DNA of 64,000 nucleotides, from contig NC_086109.1 in assembly GCF_963921235.1 (NCBI RefSeq), forward strand, positions 31,808,001-31,872,000. The letters are read 5' to 3'. Of the stretch, positions 35,611 to 48,409 are shown in pieces (positions within the stretch are counted from its first letter, which is position 1; each line of letters begins with the position of its first letter). Made by a program: the position numbers and the translations under genes. A model generated the notes under the pieces. The model did not search any database. It was not told where the DNA came from and was given only the letters and a program-made list of their open reading frames with translations. Origin of the DNA: Mobula hypostoma (Eukaryota).

Positions 35611-38430
35611 ATTCCTGAGCTCTCTGCCCAGCCATACTCTGAGCATACCTTCAGCAGTCAGAGGTTATCAGTTCAAAAAAGTGGCTTAATACAACCTTAA
35701 AAAGGACAATTGGGAATGGATATTTAATGCTGCATTGCCAGTAATGCCCAAATTCCAAAATATGAACAAAAAGCATATACTGTCCTTTCTACTAATTATG
35801 TGGCCAGCTCAATTAAGTGTCTGGTCAATACTAAATTCAAATGTTTGTGAAACATTCGGCAATGGTAACACCATGGGATTTGTATGGCAGAAGGCTATTT
35901 TGCAGATGAATATGATATGGCATTTGTGTGAAGCAAATCTAATGTGCACATTAGCCCAATTATCTGTGCCTTGTAAGTACGTAAGCATGGATTGCTTCAT
36001 TATCTGAAGGCATCCAAATGGAACAGAATGTTGTTTGATGAACAACATATACCAACATTTTGAATTTTGAATTGAGTGGGTAGGTGCCAACAATAAAGCA
36101 GCTAATGGTATGTGCCGCCACCAAACTCCTAAAGGAATGTCTTCAGCTGAGATGATTGCTGTCTGACCACAACTAGTTTCCTTCGTTCTTGACAGTATTC
36201 ATAGCAATGGAGAGTTTAACTTCATACTGACGAACTGCACAATGTCAATTTGACCAATTGGATTTGACCTATTTTTTTATGGGTAGTTTAACCTGGAACA
36301 ATTTTCCACAATATAGTACTTGAACAATTTTGCCACTGCTTCAACTAGTTCAGGAGCTTAAATCTTCAATACCACTTCTGGGACCTTATCAGGGTCATAC
36401 AGCCTTCCCTGAATCTAGTACACTTAATCATTTCATTATCAGTAAGAGTGAATAGAAATTGATGAAGGCTGATTAAAATTAATGACATGAACTTCAAAGT
36501 TCAAGACTGGTGTTCCAGGCAACACAATAATTGAAATGATTCCCGACTTTAAGCCTTTTCTGGCACATATGATGAACTTTGCCGTCTTTGGAAATAAGGA
36601 TTTTGTGGTACCTCATTCTTCATTAACTTTGACATAGTAATAAGTGGCCCAGTGTTAAAAAACATGGAAGAGTCTATCCCATCCCTTCCATTTTGTGGAT
36701 CATTGTAAGGAGTTTGAAGGCCAGCCTTTCTGATTAGTAGGAATTCCTGGTGGCTCAGTCATGAAACAGCATGCAATGGCTGTTTATTTTCACATCCCTT
36801 TAAGAGATCAAGCCAAAGCCGGCCAACATCTGGATGTTGCAGTGGAACCCCAGTCTCTGCTTTCAGAAATGCGGTTACAACAGTTCTATAGGGCTTTCAT
36901 TGTACTGGAACAGTTCAGCGCACTCTTTGGGAACAGATCATGTGGCAGAAGTCATCTGATGGCTATCAGATCATCAGTGGAATACATTTTATTTCCTCGT
37001 GACTCTATTCCAGGGGTGTAGTTACTGGCCTGTCACCCAGTCAGCTCAAGAAGATGCAACATGCAGTAGTTCTCTTAATCAAACTACATAAGGCCATCCT
37101 TCAAGGCTAAATTTAATTTCTTATACCAAAGGTCAGTAGTCATCCACCTACTGAACCGCACTGAAAAGGAGTATCAGAATGAAAAAAGTAAATGAAGAAT
37201 AGAGAACCAATCAAATGCCTAGGAGTGATTTGTTCAAAGCATACATTATTTAGCATGCTTTGATTTATAAATCTGCTTTGTAATGCTCATTTGCATTGAA
37301 TTTCATTTTGGTATTTTGATTAAGCAAATATTGTGATGATTATCAATAGACAAAGTGTAACCTGTGGGACGGCTGGTGACAGAAATCATCAGCAGATGAG
37401 AGTGTTATTAAGCTACGCCAACAGCTTGTCAGTTTCTGGAACAGATGTTAAACTCTCTGCATCTAAGGGAATTAATTTCATATATGCAGCTATTTAAAAT
37501 CCAGTAATATAATTTTAAATATTTAATCATGGATCTGCCTTATATCCATCAGCGTCTTTACCAAGCTAAGAAGGAACCATGCAGTAAACTGGAAAAGGTG
37601 CCCGTAATATCCAACATACCCTTGTACATTATTATCTCTTGAAGATAAATATGAAACCTTATGCAAAAATTTTGTCTGACTCTTTAAATAACAGGAACAC
37701 AGCCCCATTCTTAAATACAATATTTTTTTCAAATATAGGGCTACTATTAACAGCTCTCCACAACGTATAAGAGTTTTGGTAAAGTTTTGCTTGCACATGT
37801 GATACTTAATACTAAACGTGATTCTAAAGTGTTCCTGTTGCAAAATCATTAACTTGAAGCCTCTAACTCTACAAATGCAGCCTGGCTTGTTGAATGTTTC
37901 TTGCAATTCTTGCATTTTACAGCAGTCCAGATGCTTAGATGAGTTATTCTATTTCAATATCAGAATTGTGTTGGGACTAGAGAAATGTAAATGGACTTTG
38001 GGAATGCAATATTTAGAATCATAAAGAATAGACTTGAAACAATTCTTGAAAGCAAAATTAGACCTGCAGGAAAGAGCCATGCTGACATGTCTTAGAATGA
38101 ACTGAGCTTGACTAACCCTCCTCCAGTTACTTCACTAAGTTGCTGTGAATCTTGCCATGTTCCTGCAGGCAGGTGCCAGGAAGAAACCAAGTATCTCTCC
38201 ACAGGGGAAGAGAAAATCAGATCTACATCACTATCATTCTACATTTAGCTGTTAACATAGCCCAAGAATCAGTCACAATGCTCCTTGGCAACTGAGGATG
38301 CAATATAAAAATAAAAAGGAAAAACATTACTGAAGTTACACTTCAATACATTGCAAAGATCAGACTTATACATGAATGAAATAGCAAAAGAAATATTAAA
38401 AATGACAAAATCCAGGTTATTTTTTGTTTC

Positions 38431-38682
38431 TCATATCCCTTTTGCCAATCAACTGTCCAGCTCTTGGCTCCATCCCTCCCCCTCCTGTCTTCTTCTATCA
38501 TTTCGGATCTCCCCCTCCCCCTCCCACTTTCAAATCTCTTACTCGCTCTTCCTTCAGTTAGTCCTGACGAAGGGTCTCAGCCCAAAACATTGACTGTACC
38601 TCTTCCTAGACCTGCTGCATTCACCAGCAACTTTTATGTGTGTTGCTTGAAATTCCAGCATCTGCAGATTTCCTCGTGTTTT
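38431..38682 (+). mobile_element. Penelope-like pLTR fragment with decayed hammerhead (GAAA changed to AAAA)
   Basis: Similar to 16000-16241; AGTCCTGACGAAGGGTCTCAGCCCAAAAC. Confidence 0.75.
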
Positions 38683-38926
38683 TAATTTTTGTTCTATGAC
38701 TTCCAGAATAAGAAGATAATCTACTTCAGCAGGATCAGAAAATAGTACACTGCATTCCAGTTAATTGGGACACATTGGGAGCAGTACACTTTGGCCCAAT
38801 TAAACAGCTGGCCTAATTAGATGAAGTTTCATGGAAATAGTCAAAAGGAAAAAAAAGACAAGCTACTGTTTAACTGAGTAGCAATTTAAGTATTTAAATG
38901 AAATACAGAACAAATTAGAACACTAC

Positions 38927-41645
38927 TGTTATGTTTTGTAACTTCAAAACATTAAACTAATTCAAAGGAAGACACAGGAGTCTAAGGTGCAGATGTAACT
39001 TCGTGTTTACTTTAACGAGGCGCACACATATCATTTGGTCATGTATGTATTTCACATGTTTATACATATAACTCATAATTAATTATTTAAACAAACAATA
39101 AGTTTAATGATCCAATATACATATATACATGATTACTCAATTACTGAAAAATTAAATACACAACACCCCTCTCTGCTTAGCTATAAATTCCAACTCAACA
39201 GAGAATGCATCTCTACTCTACATACACAGTATATACTGTACTATAAGACTACTATGCAGATATCCACGGCATAGTAAATGTTAAATTGTTGCATTCAGGC
39301 TTAAAGATTTAATCACTGAGGAGGCCTTCTTATTCTTGTTGAATCACATCTTTCCTGACGAGGTGGATCACTCTGCTTGTGGCTGTGAAAACAATCTCAC
39401 TTTCTGGGGCTTCTGGTGTTTGTAGGAGTTGATCCTGAGGCTGTAAGAAATGACTCTGGCAGTGGTAGCCACCTTTCTTCTTCTAGTTTGTGCATATTGA
39501 TCTTGGGAAGGTGCATTTAGTTCATTGGAGTGTTCTCTTTTTAATTCTTCTATTATTCTCTTTATGATCTGATCTTTCCTCTTGGTTTCTTCATCCACAA
39601 CATCATCTGATGAATCCTCTGTTTTCATATCTCCATTGATTTCTTTCTTTTTGGCCTTCCATTCATCCAGCTGGGCTTTGGTCTTTGCATCTACTTCTTT
39701 TTTGTCTCCTACTTGAAGTTCATACAATAACCTTAATGCACGCAGAGTAGATACTGGTTCTTTATATTTACAAAGGCCGAATGCTTGCAACTTTCCTGAA
39801 GCTCCTTGACCTCTCTTTCAGCTTAAAACTAAGTCACATTTTGCAAGTAACTGCCTGATTAACATATCACAAACTTTCTCAGATATGTTGTCTACAAAAA
39901 CGTTTGTAGTTGGACCACGGCTTTCATCATTTCAATGCTTTCTCAGAGCAGCATGGTCTTTCCTTGGTCCAATATGCTTTCCAAGCAGGGCGACAGAGGC
40001 AGCACTAACACCTGTTTGCTCTTTGTTGGGGAAAGGTTCATGGTGGACCGCATGGAGACAGTTGGCATCATCCACTACCTTTCTTAATTCACTTTCAGTT
40101 GACTTCATTGCTGGGGATGTGACATGCAAATGGTGAATGGAACTCCAATTAAGTTGTAATTGTTTCTGCCAATCATGTCCCCACAATGCTGATCCATCTG
40201 TTTTTACCACATACAAGCTCAATGTGGCTTGTTGGTTGTTGTATTTCACTGTTACAAATGTCGTTCCCACAAAAGAACTATCTTCTTAGTTAGATATCTG
40301 CAGGCATCGGCTTAGTATCTTTGAAATGCCGATCAAACCCATTTTGTGGAATGATTGAAACAGCTGAGCCAGTGTCAATTTCAATTAATTATCCCTCTAC
40401 TTCTGGTGTAAGCCATATTGCTTGTCTATTATTAATTTTCATACTGTTGATCTCAAGGCTACACAGTCCTGTGTCACTCTCATCATTATCAGCTTTCTCA
40501 TCAACAGCTCATTTTTGAAACTGTAATTTGACTTTTTATCTTTTCTTCCTCTGTGCAGACCATTTATTTTGTCTGCCTGACATGCTCTTTGTATGTGTCC
40601 TACATTGTTGCATTTTCTGCAAGTTTCACCTTTAAATCTGCATTGGGCTGTGTATGTGAGCCCCTGCTCAACAGTAACACAATTTGTTTGACCATGCCAT
40701 TTTCTGTTTAGAATCTGCAATTTTGTTCACGCTCACTTTCATTCCAGACTGCAACTCAATTGGGTCTCTGTCTACTATTTCCATTGATACAGCTATTTCA
40801 ACTGCTGTTTTAAATGTAAGCTCTGCTTCAGTTAGGAGCAGTTTTTGAATGCTTTCTTGTAAGATTCCACAAACTACATGAGTACTCAGTCCATCAGTAA
40901 GCCCATTACTGAACTGACAATGTTCATGCAATTTCTTCAATTCAGCCACATATGCTGAAATTGACCCCCATTCCTTTTGATTCCAGTTATGAAACCCAAA
41001 GCATTCTGCAAACAACAATGGCTTTGGTTTAAATGTTTCTGCATCACTTTGACAATATTATCAAAGCTCATTTCTGCTGCTTTGGCTGGAGCAGCTAAAC
41101 TTCAAAGCAAACAGAATGCCTTTAAACCCAATGCACTCAGTAAAATTGGTACCTGTTTCTCATTGGCTATTTCATTTGCTTCAAAATATTGTTGAATCAG
41201 CATACATAAGCCAGCTACCCATTGTGTAATCATACTCATCAATCTTTCTGATGTAGCCAGCCATTTCTGATTTTCTTCATAATCATTATCACTTGTACTC
41301 ACTCTTTATGAACCCATGAATTCTTTCCTTTTCAACCTATTTTTTAAAAAAACACAATCATGTCTTCCCTTCTGAAGAACACGTGCTGCACTGTTACTTT
41401 TTAACTCAACCATCTCTGCATGTGCTGGGCTGTGTTTTTTATTCGCCGTTACTCTCACTGCATTTCTTTTAGTTCGATTGTCTCAAAGCACCTCAAGAGG
41501 TCGATAGCCTTCTCAGGTTCATTTTAAAAACGCCTCCTCACTAATATTATGTTTTGTAAATTCAAAACAATAAACTAATTTAAAGGAAGACACTGGAGTG
41601 TGAACACAAGTCCAACGTAGTGTTTATTTCATGCAAGGCGCTCTC
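38927..41645 (-). mobile_element. Defective Gypsy LTR retrotransposon (gag, protease and integrase tail only; RT/RH/IN core replaced by RBM25 sequence)
   Basis: 3' LTR 38927-39165 (TG..CA) with PPT at 39166-39175; partial 5' LTR 41545-41645; gag (YFEANEIANEKQVPILLSALG, YVAELKKLHEHCQF, CRKCNNVGHIQRAC); protease IDTGSAVSII at ~40350-40380. Confidence 0.88.
39473..40072 (-). pseudogene. RBM25: Processed (intronless) fragment of RNA-binding motif protein 25 (RRM and following acidic helix)
   Basis: Translates GKHIGPRKDHAALRKH*NDESRGPTTNVFVDNISEKVCDMLIRQLLAKCDLVLS*KRGQGASGKLQAFGLCKYKEPVSTLRALRLLYELQVGDKK-EVDAKTKAQLDEWKAKKK..DEETKRKDQIIK..SNELNAPSQ. This matches recalled vertebrate RBM25 (GPTTTVFVGNISEKASDMLIRQLLAKCG..DAKTKAQLDEWKAKKK). 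It has two in-frame stops and a short deletion. Confidence 0.93.
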
Positions 41646-41864
41646 GGCATGGTCTGGGTCTCACAGCCACATGTGCATACGACTGATGCTAGTTAGAAAC
41701 TGTTTGACAACAGTCTCCTGCCCCAATTAAGCAATTGAGTGTCCCAAATAAATGAAGGGAATCATGGCTATTTTCTAGATTAATACTTGTTCTTTAATTG
41801 TTGTTCCAAATAAACAGCTTGATGGCTTGATTAACCAATGATCTAATTAAATGGGATCCACTGT

Positions 41865-42174
41865 GTTGGCGTGTGGCCAAGTAGTTAAGGCATTGGTCTA
41901 GTGATCTGAAGGTCGCTAGTTCGAGCCTTAGCGGAGGCAACGTGTTGTGTCCTTGACCAAGGCACTTAACCACACATTGCTCTGTGACGACACCGGTGCC
42001 AAGCTGTATGGGTCCTAATGCCCTTCCCTTGGACAACATCGGTGTCATGGAGAGGGGAGACTTGCAGCATGGGCAACTGCCGGTCTTCCATACAACCTTG
42101 CCCAGGCCTGCGCCCTGGAAACCTTCCAAGGCGCAAATGCATGGTCTCATGAGACTAACGGATGCCTAAAAAAA
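41865..42174 (+). mobile_element. tRNA-derived SINE
   Basis: A-box TGGCCAAGTAGTTAAGG, B-box-like AGTTCGAGCC, A tail; ~20-bp TSD at 41845-41864 and 42175-42194 (18/20). Confidence 0.85.
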
Positions 42175-43115
42175 AATTAATTGGAATCCACTGTATCTCA
42201 AAAAAACATTATTTGCAAAAGAGAACATGCAGTTTGGCCTCAATCAACTAATTTAGCCTGCACACCACAAGACTACTAATACATTTCACTTTCTAATGCC
42301 TAATGAACTGATTCAGTCTGAATTTCCAGATCATTAGCAATGGATTGAAGACAATTGAACAGCATGCAGCTCGTGCCAAGAGAACGTGCAATTTGAAACA
42401 TTTTCTAAATTAATGAAATAAAAGTGTTTTTCATTTACTTTTGAGTTAAAATGAACTTTGTAATCATAAATGTGAGGAATATCAGCGCAAAAGAATTAGG
42501 CATGTTTATTGAAGGTATAGTAACCCCAGATAAGGAGTCTCTCTGATTAGATCCAAGATAAATAGATGCTGGCACCGTTTGGGTAAGTATAAGAATGACT
42601 GAAAACCATGAAGTGGCTCCTGTGTCTAGTTACCAGAGAGCAACAATGTTCATAATGCAGGCTTTGGTGAGAAAAGTGGCTTCAGTAAAGGAAGGTTGAT
42701 AGTTAGCAAGACCTGCAGAAGAACCTTGGTGCTGATGTTTGACCTGACACTGTGGCATTGTTGTAAATCAGGTAAGTGCCTGGTGAATTTCATCTGTTAC
42801 TTTCATGCTTTATAAATTATTAGTGATAGTAAAGCATGGCAGAGCAGCTCATTGACTGGGAAACACATGCTGCACCACGTGGGACTTCAAGGGCAAACAT
42901 TTGTGTTGGAGAACCCAGATGTGTCACATTTTGGAGCTGGAGTGACAGCTGGAATCACTGCGGGGCATCTGGGACGCTGACAGCTTTTTGGGTTGGATAT
43001 TTAGGGAAGTGGTTTTAATGCTGCATAAGAATGAGCTGGCGGGGAGGGCATGGCTGACCACCAGACAGATAGAAAGGACCAGGCAGATAATGCAGACATC
43101 ACTCAGTCAATATGA

Positions 43116-44160
43116 GTCATAGAAACATAGAAAACCTACAGCACAATACAGGCTCTCCGGCCCACAGAGTTGCGCCGAACATGTCCCTACCTTAGAAATT
43201 ACTAGGCTTGACATAGAACATAGAACATAGAATAGTACAGCACATTACAGGCCCTTCAGCCCACAATGTTGTGCCGACCCTCAAACCCTGCCTCCCATAT
43301 AAGCCCCCACCTTAGATTCCTCCATATACCTGTCTAGTAGTCTCTTAAACTTCACTAGTGTATCTGCCTCCACCACTGACTCAGGCAGTGCATTCCACGC
43401 ACCAACCACTCTCTGAGTAAAAAACCTTCCCCTAATAACCCCCTTGAACTTCCCACCCCTACCTTAAAGCCATGTCCTCTTGTATTGAGCAGTGGTGCCC
43501 TGGAGAAGAGGCGCTGGCTATCCACTCTATCTATTCCTCTTATTATCTTGTACACCTCTATCATGTCTCTACTCATCCTCCTTCTCCTGACCATAGCCCT
43601 CAATTTTTCTGAGCTCCATGTACCTATCCAAAAGTCTCTTAAAAGACCCTATCATATCCGCCTCCACCACCATTGCCGGCAGCCCAATCCATGCACTCAC
43701 CACTCTCTGAGTAAAAAACTTACCCCTGACATCTCCTCTGTACCTGCTCCCCAGCACCTTAAACCTGTGTCCTCTTGTGGCAACCATTTCAGCCCTGGGA
43801 AAAAGCCTCTGACTATCCACACAATCAATGCCTCTCATCATCTTATACACCTCAAACATGTCACCTCTCATCCTCCATCGCTCCAAGGAGAAAAGGCCAA
43901 GTTCACTCAACCTATTTTCATAAGGCATGCTCTCCAATCCAGGCAACATCCTTGTAAATCTCCTCTGCACCCTTTCTATGGCTTCCACATCCTTCCTGTA
44001 GTGAGGCAACCAGAACTGAGCACAATACTCCAAGTGGGGTCTGACCAGGGTGCTATACAGCTGCAACATTACCTCTTGGCTCCTAAGTTCATTTCCAAGA
44101 TTGATGAAGGCCAATACACTGCATGCCTTCTTAACCACAGAGTCAACCTGTGCAGCTGCC
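43116..44160 (-). mobile_element. CR1 LINE 3' end with a nested younger CR1 3' end (~43211-43588)
   Basis: ORF 43569-44138 (LYSTLVRPHLEYCAQFWLPHYRKDVEAIERVQRRFTRMLPG); two (ACATAGA)n tails. Confidence 0.92.
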
Positions 44161-44975
44161 TTTTGTCCCTAATAGAAATTCCCTTTTCATTTCTCTTGGG
44201 AGTGATAGTTCCTGAGAGCCATGTCATTTGAACCAGGACAATATAACATGAATATTAATGTTTTAATTAATTTATCCTATTGATTGTGTCCTTAAATAAA
44301 TTTATCTCTCAGAATTAAAAAGAATATTTAGTTCTACTTCAACTGTTTTAAATGTTTATGATTTTTAGAGACATTTTGAAACATTTGCAATGGACTCCGA
44401 CAATACTGGCTCTCAGATATCCAGTGGCAGGATGTCAGGATAGGTCATTTCAGACCTGATTGTTTTTGGAGCGGCAGATTCTGGAACTCTCTACATTTTG
44501 TGGCTGCAAAATGCAGATGGGATATGGGGGGGTTAGGAAAATTGTGGTGAATGTGAGATACAAATTGAAGCACCACCTGCCCCCTTGTTTCATTTAATGC
44601 TTCAGAATCACATCTTTGCTGCCTGACTAGAAATCAGCAGACCTATTTTAATACTAGAGGTGGACACATGGTCCCACTAGATAGACAATAAATGGGGCAC
44701 AGGAGCTTGTATTTCAAAACAACCCATCAGAGAGATAATAGAACAGGCAAAGGGAATGAAATAAACATTATAACTTGATATTTCACCTCTATTTGGACAA
44801 GTAATACAGCAGAGCAGTGGCATCTTGAACAATAGATTTGTCAAGAAGAGACTGATGAAGATGAAAATGACCATTTTCAATGCGGCAGATTTTATGTTCT
44901 CAGATCTCTGGTTGTAAGATTTGTTATGCCATCAATACCCATGTACTTTTCTTGGTTAAGTTAGTAATCTAAGTA

Positions 44976-45190
44976 TGTTATGTTTTGTAACTTTAAAAAC
45001 ATTAAACTAATTCAAAAGCAGACAAGGGGGTTGAAAATGCAGGCTTAACTTTGAGTTTCCTTTAAGCGGGGTGCACATGTATCACATGACTGTGTGATGA
45101 TGTATGCAATTAATGTATTTTTACATATAACCCGTAATGAATTATTTAAGCAAACAAGAATGCTTAATCAAATCCAATATATATATATAT
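44976..45190. mobile_element. Truncated solo LTR of the same family as the RBM25-carrying Gypsy
   Basis: TGTTATGTTTTGTAACTTTAAAAACATTAAACTAATTCAAA matches 38927 onward. Confidence 0.8.
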
Positions 45191-47651
45191 AGTTTGATTA
45201 AGCATTCTTAATATATGCCTGTGAAGGTTGTCAGTTATCTAGGTCATTGCATATTAATCAGTAATAAATCACTACTGCTTGACATTCTTTATATATATAT
45301 ATATATATATAAAGTACACTTCAGAGTATTTCTTCATAAAGTTATGGATTTATACAGCATTGAAACAGGCCCTTCAGTCCAACTCATTCATGCCGACCAA
45401 ATTTGCCTGTCGGAAGCTGTCCCATTTGCCTGTGTTGGATCCCATATCCCTCTAAATGTTTCATATCCACCTACTTGTCCAAATGTCTTTAAATATTGAT
45501 TTGTACCTGTGTCTACCATTTTGCTTTGGCAAGTATTTTCACATTCTTATCACCCTCTATGTGAAAAAGTTGCCCCTCAGATCCCATTCAAATTTTCCCC
45601 CTCTTACGTTAAATCTATGCCCTCGCATTTTAGATTCCCCTGCTCTTAGAAGAAGGCTGCCCATCCATATTATCCATGCAACTAATGAATTTATAAATCT
45701 GTATAAGGTCACCCCTCACTTCCCAGCCTAATTAATGATTCACTTAATTATCATCCGTTAATAAAGGTAACAATGAACTGTATAGTTACATTTTCTGTAA
45801 CAGCCTGGTTCCAGTTGCTGACTGAATTCTATACTAAACTGATCTGCCAAAATGCAACCTAATTATAAAACATTTTAAGATTGAATACTATAAAAGTTTA
45901 CACCTTTAAGGAAGGGGCAAGGATCTCTCAATAATCATCAAGCACTTTGAGATTGTGCTTGTATTCCTGTGGATAAGTCATGTGTGTGCCTGCCTGATGA
46001 TCTGCTCTCTGACAAGAGACTTAAGGATAAAGTTACGAAGCACCTTCAGTAAAGCTTTTTTTGTTTCCTGTATTTTATTTCCTATATTTGTTTCCTATAT
46101 TTTTTCACTAAAGTGGATACCGACAAGAAAAGGGAAACAGTTTCTGCAATAGAATGAAGTAACAGTCAATATGCTTAATTAACTCCACTGATAATAACAG
46201 CACTTTACAAAAATCAAGAACTGTCACTAGTTCTAAAGAGGTCAATCCCATTTTCATTGATTAACTTCCATTGGCAACTTTTTACCATCTTCCACTGGGA
46301 AAACAATGCAGTTTTACATTAACTGTTCAATCCAATAGCTTCTTCCATTTTTTATCAGTGAATTGAGAAAATTAAAGAAATGAGTCCTGATTAGAAACTC
46401 AATTTTTACAATCCAACCCAGGTATTGTTAAACTAGAACAAGAGCAATATGCAATAACTTGCACTTCAGTTTTCTCTTCCTCCACCTTGCCTGTCAGCAG
46501 TGACCCAGACTACTTTGCTGGGTATCATAAAAGAAACACAGAAACAAACCCTTTGGCCCTTCAGATACCATCTGTATTAATCCCCTTTGCCAGTATGTGG
46601 CAGAGTAAGGAAAGGCATGGTATCACTTAGTTTAACATTCCAGTCATTTTTAGCGAGGTCAGCAGCATCTGATGTAATCTACTTTGCAGATGGATTTCTG
46701 AGATCTGGTAAAATGCATGGAAAGATGGCAGGTGAGTACAGCTCAGCAGAAGGCTATTTGTCCACAAGCCAAGTAGTCAACTGCTAACTAGCTTAGCTTC
46801 AACATTTCCAGCTTCAACTTCTGTCTTTGCTAAACTTCTAACTGCCTCTACAAACTATTGATTTCAAAAGATGCACCTCACATCCTCACCCACACATAAT
46901 TCTGCAAATCTGCCAACTCTTCCAAAGATTATTGGCTCTACACGCTCCAAAATGCTGAGATCAAAGTTCTCAGCCTTGTTTATCAATCACCATATTACCA
47001 ATTTCCACCAGCCCACAAACATTTCCTGCTCTTCTTATTTGCCAGGCAACTACTCATTTCTTGCTTCTTCTATGGTGATTACTCATTCAAAAAAAGTGAT
47101 TACCCTCTAAAAAATGTCCTCGATGCTCTCCCTCATTTTCAACACTTTTCTTTCATGATGGGCTTACACCCCGCTAATGTTAATATAATAAACATCAAGG
47201 AATTGCAAGAAGCCTCACCACTTAACATTGGAGATTGGTTCAGGCAGAGAAAGGTCAAAACCTGAGGAAGGTTTTGAAAGGACATAATAGCGTTTCTGAA
47301 ATCAATACATGCTGCATGGATGAGTGGTCATTGTGGGTCAGTGAGCACAGGGGGATAGGTTTGTGTGAGAACAGTTAGAGCAACATTTTTGAAGAACTCG
47401 ATGTTAGGGATGAGCAAGGTAGGATACGACTGGAATAGTTTTGCACAAGAATGGATGAAAGTTGTCACAGAGATGGAACTGTGTGGTCTTATTGAAGGCC
47501 AGAAAAATAATCTAAAGGTCAGCCTCATCAAAATCACAGCAGCTCAAAAGTTGGAATTTGTCGTTATTCTATGATTTCATTAATACCATTCTCTTCATAT
47601 GAATCACCCGCCCCGCCCACCAGTTTCCTTGAGCTGTGTAAGTCTAGGGAA

Positions 47652-48190
47652 TGTAAGTCTGGTCCTGTCAAACCCGTGAGATTGGGATGGCTCTCCCATC
47701 TCAAACCCTGATGTGTGTGGATGCTGTGTAACTTGCCATCCTGTTACAACTCAGTGCCAAGAAATAACAGACAGCACGCAGCGTACGATTAAAGGAATTA
47801 TATTTATGGATCTTAACTTATCTAAAGGTTTAGTAAAGAAAAGAAATAAACAAAAAACCAGGAAGGGCCCATTATAATTAAACAGTCAAATGTGCACTTT
47901 GGAGCTCACCTTTTCCGGAAGTCATATTCACCAATCCTCAGTAGACCTCGGTGCCTTGCTCCATTGAATCACGGTCCCCCACTGGGTCAAATCCTATGAC
48001 TGGTCTTCTCTCTTCATTTCCTGCCGAACAAAGGGCACCCCACTCACACCGGTGTCAGGCACACAAAAAAAAACCCACTCCCCTGATTGGACAGCTCACA
48101 TTCCAAAGCACCCGTATCTCTAACCATAACCCAAACACTGCTTCTACAGAAAGACCGTTATGCTAGCAGTGAAACCTTTTCCAGGTTAAG
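47652..48190 (-). mobile_element. Degenerate LTR-like element
   Basis: Composition and layout resemble the LTR at 19550-20410; termini are not clean. Confidence 0.4.
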
Positions 48191-48409
48191 TGATAAGTAG
48201 ATACCTTACTCCTCATCTTGCTTGCCCACACTGCTTGTGATTAAATATATGTATCTTGATCAGAAGAACAACCGCAATCAATACAGAATAAATTTGTGTT
48301 CAGTGTTGTTCAATGAATTAGTCTAACCAGAAGGAACTTAACACATTTTAGACAATCGATATGCTGGATCCCAGATTTCCTATTGGATCACCAAGTGGTA
48401 AAAATGAGC

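Larger units (their letters stand above)
38748..42193. mobile_element. Tigger/Tc1-mariner-type non-autonomous element hosting the Gypsy element and a SINE
   Basis: TA|CACTGCATTCCAGTTAATT at the left end and AATTAATTGGAATCCACTG|TA at the right end (imperfect TIRs, TA flanks). Confidence 0.6.

Noticed and set aside
39368..39790. 140-aa ORF as a functional RBM25 gene or exon
   Set aside because: It starts at TTG right after an in-frame stop, has upstream stops and a deletion, lacks splice sites, and sits inside a Gypsy element; treated as a pseudogene fragment.
41865..41940. tRNA gene
   Set aside because: It is the head of a SINE with a body, A tail and TSD; no proper acceptor stem.
43485..44231. 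248-aa plus-strand ORF
   Set aside because: Antisense shadow of the CR1 RT.
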